31,802 bases of DNA from IMG/VR virus record IMGVR_UViG_3300023179_006609, positions 1 through 31,802 of that record; one strand, given 5' to 3'. The notes under the pieces were generated by a model. That model made no database searches. It was not told the DNA's origin and was given only the letters and a program-made list of their open reading frames with translations. How positions within the stretch are numbered: position 1 is the first letter of the stretch; every line of letters begins with the position of its first letter. Origin of the DNA: a virus (Duplodnaviria > Caudoviricetes). Below, piece by piece: positions 1-8,408 of this stretch. Position numbers and translations under genes: made by a program.

Positions 1-143
1 TAGAGTTTGAAAGGTTGCAAACCGTCCCAGATAATTACACTGCTTGCGTTGCCAACACACATCGATATCATGCTTTGGGTAATGGTTGGACCGTTGATGT
101 GATCGCTCATATCTTTAATGGTTTAATCACCACAAATGAATAA
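1..143 (+). CDS. C5 DNA cytosine methyltransferase, C-terminal fragment (5'-truncated by the window edge)
   Basis: Frame from base 3 reads EFERLQTVPDNYTACVANTHRYHALGNGWTVDVIAHIFNGLITTNE* (TAA 141-143). ERLQT.PD.YT and RY.ALGNGW.VDVI match motifs IX-X of Dcm-family methylases. Confidence 0.85.
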   Translation, partial: EFERLQTVPDNYTACVANTHRYHALGNGWTVDVIAHIFNGLITTNE

Positions 144-164
144 AGTTGTTGTAGACTATGGCTC

Positions 165-1082
165 ATGCTATCAAGTCTACCTAAAGAATTCTATATTCCT
201 GCCAAAGCGCAAGTTATTTTCGTTCAAGATTTTTTCGCTACAGAAATTCTTGGTGGTGCTGAGTTAACCTCAGACGCTATCATTAAAGCTTGCCCTAAAC
301 AATTGTTTCAAATGCACTCTCACAGTGTAACAGAAACAATGGTTAAAAAGCATCATGACAAGATATGGGTGATTGGCAATCAAACAATGATTCCTCCCCA
401 TGTCTTGCAAGCTTTTATCGATCACAAGGTTCGATACTATTTCTTTGAGTATGACTTTAAACCTTGTGTGTTACGTTCTACCAAAAAGCATGAGCTTCAA
501 GCTGGTAGTTGCGGTTGTGAAAAAACTCCACACGGCAAATATATGGCTCATTGGATGACTTGCGCCAAGGTTTTGTTTTGGTGCAGCGACGGACAAAGAG
601 ACAAGTTTTATAGATTGTATCCAGAACTTAAAGGCAAAACAAAAGACTTTACTCAAAGCTCTACGTTCTACCCAGAAACTATTCTAAACATTAGAAAGGT
701 AAGAGAACGTAAAGAAGCTGGTGAGCTTGTGCCAGAAGATAGATGGGCTATTCTTGATTCAGATAGCTGGATTAAAGGCACAGAAGATGCGGTGAAATAC
801 TGCAAAGAAAAGAATATGCCTTATGTTCTTCTTAAGGGATTAACCAATGAAAGATTCTTGGAAGAACTAGCGAAGAGTAAGGGGTTGGTATTCTTTCCAA
901 GAGATATGGATGTAGGCTCCAGAATAACAACAGAAACAAAACTGTTGGGAGGAACACCTATTGTTAACGATCAAGTTCTTCATGCCACAGAAGAATGGTT
1001 CAACAAAAGCATTCCAGAGATTGAAGAATATTTGATTGACGGACCTTCAAGATTTTGGAGGATTGTAGAGGAAACCCTTTAA
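165..1082 (+). CDS. Putative GT-B (GT4-like) glycosyltransferase
   Basis: N-terminal GGAELT motif; WIKG; C-terminal GLVFFPRDMDVGSRITTETKLLGGTPIVN resembles the GT4 E-x7-E donor-binding segment (here D-x7-E). Confidence 0.65.
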   Translation: MLSSLPKEFYIPAKAQVIFVQDFFATEILGGAELTSDAIIKACPKQLFQMHSHSVTETMVKKHHDKIWVIGNQTMIPPHVLQAFIDHKVRYYFFEYDFKPCVLRSTKKHELQAGSCGCEKTPHGKYMAHWMTCAKVLFWCSDGQRDKFYRLYPELKGKTKDFTQSSTFYPETILNIRKVRERKEAGELVPEDRWAILDSDSWIKGTEDAVKYCKEKNMPYVLLKGLTNERFLEELAKSKGLVFFPRDMDVGSRITTETKLLGGTPIVNDQVLHATEEWFNKSIPEIEEYLIDGPSRFWRIVEETL

Positions 1083-1454
1083 TCCTTCTGAAATTAAGTC
1101 TGCGTATATGTCACGGTTTTTTCTTCCGTAAAATCTTACAAGTCTTCCGCTCATAGTATTAGCTTCATCTTCAAGGGGTTGAAGACCTTCATCATCCATA
1201 GGAAACAACGTTCCTTGTTGTTGTTGGCGGCAGTGAGTTAGCTCATGAGCCATTGTACGCATAATATCTGCTATAGCACGATTATGCACAGCAACAAACA
1301 CCTCACAGTTATTAGGGTCAAAGTATCCTGCGGTTGGCATACCTGTTTGATGCTTGGACAAAGTTATTCTTACTGGCCCTTTAAGACCAAGTTCTTTAAT
1401 GCAATGAGCCGCAAACTGTTTAATCATTGCGATGTTTTGCTTTGTGAGTTTCAT
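1047..1454 (-). CDS. Small zincin-type (HExxH) metallopeptidase-like protein
   Basis: TMAHELTHCRQ with a downstream LEDEAN third-ligand glutamate. The only credible minus-strand gene; overlaps the 3' end of the upstream gene by 36 bp. Confidence 0.7.
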   Translation of the reverse strand: MKLTKQNIAMIKQFAAHCIKELGLKGPVRITLSKHQTGMPTAGYFDPNNCEVFVAVHNRAIADIMRTMAHELTHCRQQQQGTLFPMDDEGLQPLEDEANTMSGRLVRFYGRKNRDIYADLISEGLKGFLYNPPKS

Positions 1455-1465
1455 GCAGTTATAAC

Positions 1466-1494
1466 TAGACTTTGTTTTTAATATCTGCTAACAT
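1466..1494 (+). promoter_or_regulatory. Sigma70-like promoter upstream of the IMPDH/GMPR gene
   Basis: TAGACT (1466-1471), 17 bp spacer, TAACAT (1489-1494) preceded by TGC (extended -10); SD-like GAAAGG before ATG 1516. Confidence 0.5.
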
Positions 1495-1515
1495 CGATAA
1501 GAAAGGTAACGAAAT

Positions 1516-2514
1516 ATGATTTTTCACGAATATGACGATGTGTTTATTTTCCCTGATTTCTCAGATATTCTGAGTAGATCAGAAGTGAATACATCTGTTG
1601 TGCTTGAGAGTGTTGATAGCGACCATAGCCTAACACTAAAAGTACCTGTAATTTCTGCCAACATGGATACGATTACAGAAGGCGATATGGCCAGAGTGCT
1701 TTCTCATGCTGGAGCTTGTGGTGCAATTCATCGATTTATGACAATCGAAGACAATGTTTTGTCTTATGCTCAAGCAACAGCTCAAAGAGATACCGAATGT
1801 TTTGTTTCTATTGGCACCAATAGAGATTGGCAAGAACGAGCAGAAGCTCTTCACAAAGCTGGTGCTCGATTCTTTGTGGTTGATATTGCTCACGGTCACA
1901 CTCAAATGATGAAAAACACAATTGAGTGGTTGCGTAAACGTTTTGGTAGAGATATTTTCATCATGGCAGGAAACGTTGGAACACCAGAAGCCGTCCATGA
2001 TCTTGACTCATGGGGTGCTGATGCTATTAAGGTTGGTATTGGTGGTGGGTTTGTATGTGAGACAAAGAATGTAACAGGTGTTAATACACCTATGTTTACA
2101 ACAGTTATGCGTTGTGCAAGAAACACTGACAAGCCTGTTATTGCTGATGGTGGTGCAAGAGCTTATGGAGACGTTGCCAAGGCTATTGGTGCTGGAGCAT
2201 CAGCGGTTATGAGCGGATATTTCTTTGCAGGTTGCCCAGAGAATCCAGATAGGTCAAGAGTATATGACCCAATCACTCATACATACAAGCCAATTTATCG
2301 TGGTATGGCATCAAGGGATGCAATGGCCGTGATTAGAGAAGCTGATAAAGGTTTGCCAACACCAGAAGGTAGAAGCACAACAACTAACTTGAAGGCAAGT
2401 GCTAAAGTTGTTGTTGAAGAAATTGCTGGTGGATTGCGTTCAGCGTTTTCTTATGTTGGAGCACGCAATTTTTGCGAATTCCAAAGCAGAGTTAAGTTTG
2501 GATATCGTCGCTAG
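1516..2514 (+). CDS. IMP dehydrogenase / GMP reductase family protein (no CBS domains)
   Basis: PVISANMDTIT, GAIHRF, VDIAHGH, MAGNVGT, catalytic loop KVGIGGGFVC, VIADGG, YRGMAS, GGLRSAFSYVGA. guaB versus guaC cannot be decided by eye. Confidence 0.92.
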   Translation: MIFHEYDDVFIFPDFSDILSRSEVNTSVVLESVDSDHSLTLKVPVISANMDTITEGDMARVLSHAGACGAIHRFMTIEDNVLSYAQATAQRDTECFVSIGTNRDWQERAEALHKAGARFFVVDIAHGHTQMMKNTIEWLRKRFGRDIFIMAGNVGTPEAVHDLDSWGADAIKVGIGGGFVCETKNVTGVNTPMFTTVMRCARNTDKPVIADGGARAYGDVAKAIGAGASAVMSGYFFAGCPENPDRSRVYDPITHTYKPIYRGMASRDAMAVIREADKGLPTPEGRSTTTNLKASAKVVVEEIAGGLRSAFSYVGARNFCEFQSRVKFGYRR

Positions 2515-2532
2515 TTAACAACAGGAGTATAT

Positions 2533-2916
2533 ATGCAAAAAGTAAATCATCCTCTTAAAGCAAGAATGTACATTGGTGGTTTGAAATCGCTACTTGTTGA
2601 TGTAGCTTCTTCAATTGAAGAAATTGAAAAAACAGGTGGTGTTCCTCAAAGCTTTCTAGAAAATTTAACTGATCTCAAAGAAGCAATCGATTTAACTGTA
2701 AGCGAGTTTAAAAAGGTTGTTGTTAAGTGTTGTGAGCACGGTGATGGACACGATACCTGTGACGAGGATTGTGATGATGATGCTGCGGAAGAATATGAAG
2801 AATATTGCGAAACCTGCGAACTTTTGATTGATGAATGCGAATGCGACGTAGAAGAAGAAGCTCCACCACCACCACCTCGCAAGCTTCCGGCTAAGAAACT
2901 TCCTGCTCGAAAGTAG
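2533..2916 (+). CDS. Hypothetical acidic Cys/His-rich protein
   Basis: AGGAG RBS; helical N-terminus, then CCEHGDGHDTCDEDC...CETC...CEC, a poly-Pro run and a basic tail. Confidence 0.65.
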   Translation: MQKVNHPLKARMYIGGLKSLLVDVASSIEEIEKTGGVPQSFLENLTDLKEAIDLTVSEFKKVVVKCCEHGDGHDTCDEDCDDDAAEEYEEYCETCELLIDECECDVEEEAPPPPPRKLPAKKLPARK

Positions 2917-2942
2917 TTAAAGTGGATTGAAAGGATTTAAAG

Positions 2943-3326
2943 ATGTTTAAATGGCTTAAGAGTTTATTCAGTAGCAACAAAAGGTCATGGGGCGGCTCAA
3001 AGGTATTATGGGATACTCCATATGTTAGAGTTACTTGGATTTGGGTTGAAGCTGGCAAAGCAACAGAACTTTATACTTCACAAGATTTCACTGTTAAGGA
3101 TTGGTTGTTTTTGAAAGGTAGTGGTGATTATACCGTTGGAGCTATGAAGAAGAAAATTCTTCCCGGCACACATCCTATTATCACTGCTGGAACAAAGCAT
3201 TCAATTCAAGCAAGTAACGAACGTGTAGAGGTTCTAGAGATTCTTTCCGGTCCTCCAGTTATCGAGAGTTCCAAGCAACTTCCCGCACCAGTACAAACCG
3301 TGGTACCACCACCCGAAAACTCATAA
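2943..3326 (+). CDS. Cupin-domain protein (divergent mannose-6-phosphate isomerase type II-like)
   Basis: RSWGGSKVL, WLFLKGSG and ITAGTKHSIQAS..VEVLEI follow the cupin pattern; AAGGA RBS. Confidence 0.6.
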   Translation: MFKWLKSLFSSNKRSWGGSKVLWDTPYVRVTWIWVEAGKATELYTSQDFTVKDWLFLKGSGDYTVGAMKKKILPGTHPIITAGTKHSIQASNERVEVLEILSGPPVIESSKQLPAPVQTVVPPPENS

Positions 3327-3409
3327 TATTTAGCTTTCCAAAACGGTGAGTTATATACTTTACTCTATGAGTAAAGACCAAACAATAACAAAAAAACATT
3401 TAAAAATAC

Positions 3410-3439
3410 TTGAGATTGCTAAAAAGGATGTGCTATACT
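3410..3439 (+). promoter_or_regulatory. Sigma70-like promoter upstream of the nuclease and glycan operon
   Basis: TTGAGA (3410-3415), 18 bp spacer, TATACT (3434-3439) preceded by TGC (extended -10), in an AT-rich gap. Confidence 0.55.
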
Positions 3440-3471
3440 CTAATAGTATAGACAACCTTTTAGATAGCAAA

Positions 3472-4302
3472 ATGACAATCTCAACAGACATTGATTTTTC
3501 TTCACCTACCAACGTAGAATATATTCAACTTCGTAAGCATGTCTCTTATTCAGAGATCGCTACTTGGATGGATTGTTCGTTTAAACACAAGCTCAAGTAT
3601 CTTGATGAAGTCAAGACCGAGAATGACGGTCCCTCCGAGCATACAGAGTTCGGTCAAGTTATTCACGATGCACTAGAACAATACCTAACAACCAAGGTAA
3701 TGCCACCTATCGAGCAAGTAAGAGCAAACCTTACCGAGATGTTCAGTAAGCTTCCAAATGCTAGCGAGCTAAAGGAAAGCGAATGGCACGATACCATTGA
3801 ACCTATTCTTTCAGAAGTACCAGCCTTTATGGAAAATACTTTTGGTGATTGGAAGTTTGTTGCTGCCGAGCTACCTTTGATGGAATCAATCGATAATCAC
3901 AATCATATGTTCAAGGGATTTATCGATGGAGTAATTGAAGGTGTAAACAAAAAGGGTGAGCGAGTTGTTTGGATTATTGATTGGAAGACTTGTTCGTTCT
4001 TTTGGCCGCTAGCCAAGCGTATCGACCCCAAGAAAACGATGCAGCTTGCCTTTTATAAACATTTCTATGCCAGAAAGCATAACTTGTCTCTCAAGGATAT
4101 CAAGTGTGGCTTTATTCTCTTGCGTAGAAGCAAGAAGGCTAATAACTGTGAACTTGTTACAGTAAGTGTTGGTGACAAGGCAGTAGAAAAAGCTATGAGC
4201 ACGATTGATACTATGCTGGGTTATATTCAAAAGCGTATGTTTCCAAAGAACAGAGAATCATGTAAGTATTGTCCATATGCCGGAACGGAGCATTGTCCAT
4301 GA
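3472..4302 (+). CDS. PD-(D/E)XK exonuclease, Cas4/AddB-like, with a probable Fe-S cluster
   Basis: HVSYSEI..WMDC, FGQVIHDALE, FKGFIDGV, IIDWKT, QLAFY, CKYCPY....C (1+3 Cys arrangement). Start moved from 3346 to ATG 3472 because the upstream stretch holds a promoter. Confidence 0.85.
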   Translation: MTISTDIDFSSPTNVEYIQLRKHVSYSEIATWMDCSFKHKLKYLDEVKTENDGPSEHTEFGQVIHDALEQYLTTKVMPPIEQVRANLTEMFSKLPNASELKESEWHDTIEPILSEVPAFMENTFGDWKFVAAELPLMESIDNHNHMFKGFIDGVIEGVNKKGERVVWIIDWKTCSFFWPLAKRIDPKKTMQLAFYKHFYARKHNLSLKDIKCGFILLRRSKKANNCELVTVSVGDKAVEKAMSTIDTMLGYIQKRMFPKNRESCKYCPYAGTEHCP

Positions 4303-5243
4303 AGAATGTGCTAGTAACTGGGGGGCTTGGTTTTATTGGTAGTCACGTTGTAGATTTACTACTAGAACAAGATTACAACGTAACGGCTGTAGACAACTTA
4401 GACACCGGGAAACAAGCCAATCTTCAACATTTGAAACCTTATGAAAATTCTCGGCTTAAAATTTACAAATTTGAGTTTGATGATTTTGGTATTTTATCAA
4501 ACATAAGGGATGGTAAGTACGATTACGTTTTGCATCTTGCGGCAAAAGCGAGCGTTCCTTATTCGGTTGACAATCCTATGCTGTCAAACGACGTTAATGT
4601 GTCGAAAACTTTAGCATTGCTAGACGCTTGTAGGTCTGGTAAAGTCAAAAAGTTTGTGTTTTCTTCTTCGTCTGCTGTATACGGTGACTCTGATATGTTT
4701 CCTACAAAAGAATCGTGCAGCAAAAACCCATTGTCTCCGTATGCTTTACAGAAAAGCGTTATCGAAGATTATTGCAAGATGTTTTATAACCTTTATGGTG
4801 TAGAAAGCGTTTGTTTGCGATATTTCAATGTTTTTGGTCCAAGGCAAGCAGGTTCGGGACCATATGCTAATGTTATTTCTTCATGGTGCGAAAACGGTAT
4901 CAAACACAAGAAGATTCGGTTGGATGGTAAAGGTGAATCGTCACGAGATTTTGTTTATGTGAAAGACGTTGCAAAAGCAAATTTGCTAGCAATGACTAGT
5001 CATATGAAACACGCATGTATTAATATCGGTGGTGGTAACTCTATTCCTATTAAAGATGTGCTTCTTACTTTTGAAGAATGTTTTGATGTACAAGTTACGA
5101 ATGCACCAGCAAGACTAGGTGATCCACTTCGTACATTGGCTGATGTTAGTTTGGCAAAAACGTTGCTTGGATTCGAACCAACAAAAGTTACACCTGACTT
5201 GTTTCGTGAAACCTTTGTTTGGTACAAGGAGAACGTTAAATGA
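4299..5243 (+). CDS. NAD-dependent nucleotide-sugar epimerase (GalE/WbpP-like extended SDR)
   Basis: VLVTGGLGFIGSH, HLAA, SSSAVYG, YALQK (YxxxK), LRYFNVFGPRQ, RDFVYVKDVA. ATG 4299 overlaps the upstream stop (ATGA). Confidence 0.93.
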   Translation: MKNVLVTGGLGFIGSHVVDLLLEQDYNVTAVDNLDTGKQANLQHLKPYENSRLKIYKFEFDDFGILSNIRDGKYDYVLHLAAKASVPYSVDNPMLSNDVNVSKTLALLDACRSGKVKKFVFSSSSAVYGDSDMFPTKESCSKNPLSPYALQKSVIEDYCKMFYNLYGVESVCLRYFNVFGPRQAGSGPYANVISSWCENGIKHKKIRLDGKGESSRDFVYVKDVAKANLLAMTSHMKHACINIGGGNSIPIKDVLLTFEECFDVQVTNAPARLGDPLRTLADVSLAKTLLGFEPTKVTPDLFRETFVWYKENVK

Positions 5244-7243
5244 ACACAAAAATGAAAATCGTTGTTCCAGTTTATAATGCCCAAGAATGGATTAAAAAAT
5301 GTTTGGAATCTATTGCAACACAACAACACAAGAACTTTGAATGTGTTGTTATCAACGATGCGTCAAAAGACAATACAAAGGAAGCGATAAACAGCCTACA
5401 ACTTGATGAACGATTTCATGTAATACACAACGAAGTCAATCAAGGTGCGTTGTATAACATCGTTAACGGTTTTAAGTATCTTCAAGCAGAAAAAGAACCA
5501 GAAAGCGTATTGATGGCTATTGATGGTGATGATTGGTTGTTTAGTCCAACATCGTTAACAGTTATCAACAAGGTATATACCAAAATGCCTAGTTGTCTTT
5601 TGACATATGGCAGCTACAACGATTGGCCCACGGGAGCCAAAGGTATTTGTGAAGCATTTCCACAAGAAGTTATCAACGCTCGCTCTTATCGAGCTTATCC
5701 AAAGTTTGTTACTTCACATCTAAGAACCTTTAAAAGCAAGCTTTGGTATTCGCTACAAGAACAAGATTTAATCGATCCAAGAACAAACAAGCATTACTCC
5801 GTTGCTTGGGATTTAGCGTTTATGATGCCCATGCTAGAAATGGCTGGGAAGCATTTTGTGTTCATCGATCAGCCATTGTACTCATATAATCGTAACAACC
5901 CAATCAGTGATGGTTATATTCGTCAAAAACAACAATGGGAAACCGATCAATTTATTCGTAAGCTTCCAAGAAAAGAAGTGATTGATTTTAATTCCAAGGT
6001 AACCGATGGGATTGATGCAAAACAGTTATTGACTCCTTACAGATTTGATGTGGCCGTAAAATATATGTACGCCAAATCGATTGTAGAGGGTTTTAAAACC
6101 GATTACTTCAAAGATGCGTACAAAGAGCATCTCAAGGTTTGGAACGGCTTTAAAGAGTATGACAACCCCAACAAAACAACCTTTGAAGCGTTTGACAACG
6201 AATTCAAATCAATCATTAAATCGATTGAAAACAAAGGTTTTGATGCAACAGTTTCCAAGGTACCTATTCAAGATTCAAAATATATTTTGAATGGAGCGCA
6301 TCGTGTTGCCGCTGCAATGGCATTAAACAAACAAGTTGTATGCAAACAAGGTGTTGACGGTAATGATGGGCAGATGTATTGCGGTTGGCCTATGTTTCAA
6401 AAGCTTGGCTTGTCCCACGTTTATGCAGATCAAGCAGCTATAGAATATGCCAAGCTAAAACCAAACACTTTTATCGCTACTTTGTTTCCAGCGGCAAAAG
6501 GAAATGGACAACTAGCTGTTGATGTACTTAACAAGCATGGCAAGGTTGTTTATTACAAAAGTGTCAAGTTAATCAAAAACGGTCCATTGAATCTAATGGC
6601 AGAGTTTTATGAAAACGAAGCATGGGCTGGCGGGCCACATAACAACTATGCAGGTTATCGAGAAAAGGCTAACTTGTGTTTTACATCAGATCATCCAACG
6701 GTGTTCTTTTTGGTTGAGTTCGACAGTTTGCAAAACTCTGTTGCGGCCAAACGTGAGATAAGAGAAGCATTTAACCTTGGCAACCACACCATTCATATCA
6801 ACGATACACACGAACAAACCATTAGACTAGCTAACGTTGTGTTTAACAACAACAGCTTGCATCATTTGGTTTATGCCAAAAAGGTTTCGTTTCCAAAGTT
6901 CGATCAACTTCTTGCTAAGTTTAAGCAACTAGTTCCTAATGTAGACGACTATGCTGTTACTGTAAGCTCTGTGTTGTCTGCGTATGGTTTAAGAGAAGGT
7001 AAGGATTTAGATTACGTTACAAGAAGCAATGTGATTGTTAAAGATGATTTGATTGATTGCCATAATCAATATCTGGAAACGTTGTATGGTACAACCGCTG
7101 ATGAAATTGTACTAAACCCTAGAAACTACTTTTATACCAAAGGTGTTAAGTTTGTATCGCTTGCCTTTATTCGTGATTTGAAAGCAAAACGAAACGAACC
7201 AAAAGACATAGAAGATATTAAACTGATAGATTCGTTAGCATGA
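5240..7243 (+). CDS. Multidomain GT2 glycosyltransferase fused to ParB/Srx-like, NDK-like and nucleotidyltransferase-like domains
   Basis: GT2: IVVPVYNA, INDASKD, IDGDDW. Then ILNGAHRVAAA (ParB/Srx-like), IREAF..GNHTIHIND (NDK-like) and SVLSAYGLREGKDLD (NTase-like). The accessory domain calls are less certain than the GT2 call. Confidence 0.75.
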   Translation: MNTKMKIVVPVYNAQEWIKKCLESIATQQHKNFECVVINDASKDNTKEAINSLQLDERFHVIHNEVNQGALYNIVNGFKYLQAEKEPESVLMAIDGDDWLFSPTSLTVINKVYTKMPSCLLTYGSYNDWPTGAKGICEAFPQEVINARSYRAYPKFVTSHLRTFKSKLWYSLQEQDLIDPRTNKHYSVAWDLAFMMPMLEMAGKHFVFIDQPLYSYNRNNPISDGYIRQKQQWETDQFIRKLPRKEVIDFNSKVTDGIDAKQLLTPYRFDVAVKYMYAKSIVEGFKTDYFKDAYKEHLKVWNGFKEYDNPNKTTFEAFDNEFKSIIKSIENKGFDATVSKVPIQDSKYILNGAHRVAAAMALNKQVVCKQGVDGNDGQMYCGWPMFQKLGLSHVYADQAAIEYAKLKPNTFIATLFPAAKGNGQLAVDVLNKHGKVVYYKSVKLIKNGPLNLMAEFYENEAWAGGPHNNYAGYREKANLCFTSDHPTVFFLVEFDSLQNSVAAKREIREAFNLGNHTIHINDTHEQTIRLANVVFNNNSLHHLVYAKKVSFPKFDQLLAKFKQLVPNVDDYAVTVSSVLSAYGLREGKDLDYVTRSNVIVKDDLIDCHNQYLETLYGTTADEIVLNPRNYFYTKGVKFVSLAFIRDLKAKRNEPKDIEDIKLIDSLA

Positions 7244-8052
7244 GAAAACTCAACATGTTCATCCCAATAAGGGATGAAACCAATCATATGATAAAAATCT
7301 ACCAATACTTGTATAACAAATATTGGGGCGATATGAATGTGTATTTCCTTGGCTATTCAAAACCAACATTTGAGTTAGAAAAGAACATACATTTTGTTTC
7401 GCTAGCTGAAAAAAGAGATCCAAAACCAACAGCGTGGTCAAATGACTTGATTAAGTTCTTTAAACAACTTCCAGATCAGTATTTTTACTTTAGCTTGGAA
7501 GATTTGTTGGTTATTAGACCTGTTGATTTTGAGCTTTTGGATATATGTGAAGAAATGATGAATCCTTCTATTGGAAGGATTGATTTATGGAATTCTGTGC
7601 AATATGATATAGGGCGCAGAGGTTGGTTGCAACCATACAAAACGCATCGAGGTGTAACGTTTGTGAAAGAGCATTCGAACGCTCCACCTTCCGTTTACAA
7701 GATTTCTTGTTCGAACTCTATTTGGAATCGTGCATGGTTTTTAAAAACCTTGTTTCCGAATTGGTCAACATATGATTGGGAAACAAAAGGAAACGATGGT
7801 AGAAACAACGACGGATTTGAAGTAATATCTCCTATAAATCGTTGGACTCCATCTGTTGTTCATGCTTTGAGTCGGAACCATTGGGGCGATGCGATTAATT
7901 TGGATGGTATGCTCCCAGATGATAAACAAAAGGTGGCTCAACTGTTAAAAGATATCAACGTTGATAAACAATTGATCGAGTTTACATCGATGAATCAAGT
8001 TATAAACTTGCGAGGTTTTCAACCAACAGATTCTGACGTATCTAATTTTTAG
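7240..8052 (+). CDS. Putative GT-A fold glycosyltransferase
   Basis: WSNDLIKFF...YFYFSLEDLL (DxD-like LED), SIWNR..L, S.YDWE; lies within the glycan operon. Confidence 0.5.
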   Translation: MRKLNMFIPIRDETNHMIKIYQYLYNKYWGDMNVYFLGYSKPTFELEKNIHFVSLAEKRDPKPTAWSNDLIKFFKQLPDQYFYFSLEDLLVIRPVDFELLDICEEMMNPSIGRIDLWNSVQYDIGRRGWLQPYKTHRGVTFVKEHSNAPPSVYKISCSNSIWNRAWFLKTLFPNWSTYDWETKGNDGRNNDGFEVISPINRWTPSVVHALSRNHWGDAINLDGMLPDDKQKVAQLLKDINVDKQLIEFTSMNQVINLRGFQPTDSDVSNF

Positions 8053-8066
8053 AAAGAGTAAATAAA

Positions 8067-8408
8067 ATGGAAATAACTACAAAACCTTGGGGATACTATC
8101 TCCCTATTTTAGAAGAAGATTACTGCAAAGTTAAAAAGCTGCTCATCAAAGCTGGAGAAGCTCCAAGTTATCAATATCATTTTAAGCGTAGCGAAGTTTG
8201 GGTTGTTGTTAAAGGTCAAGGTGAAGTGAGAATAGACGGAGAAGTTACTACCTGCGGCGTTGGTAGCGTTATTACTGTTCCTGTCGAAGCAAAACACCAA
8301 ATTAAAAACACTGGCACCGACGATCTTATTTTTATCGAAGTACAACTTGGAGAATCTTTTGAAGAATCTGATATCGTAAGAGTTGAAGACAAATATGGCC
8401 GACTATAA
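8067..8408 (+). CDS. Mannose-6-phosphate isomerase type II cupin (stand-alone ManC C-terminal domain)
   Basis: KPWGYY, SYQYHFKRSEVWVVVKG, KHQIKN, FIEVQLGESFEESDIVRVEDKYGR. Confidence 0.88.
   Translation: MEITTKPWGYYLPILEEDYCKVKKLLIKAGEAPSYQYHFKRSEVWVVVKGQGEVRIDGEVTTCGVGSVITVPVEAKHQIKNTGTDDLIFIEVQLGESFEESDIVRVEDKYGRL

Noticed and set aside
3346-3471. 42 aa N-terminal extension of the nuclease
   Set aside because: The stretch is AT-rich and contains a promoter and palindromes; ATG 3472 is the more plausible start.
3472-4302. CRISPR-Cas locus suggested by the Cas4-like gene
   Set aside because: No repeat-spacer array and no other cas genes are visible in the window.
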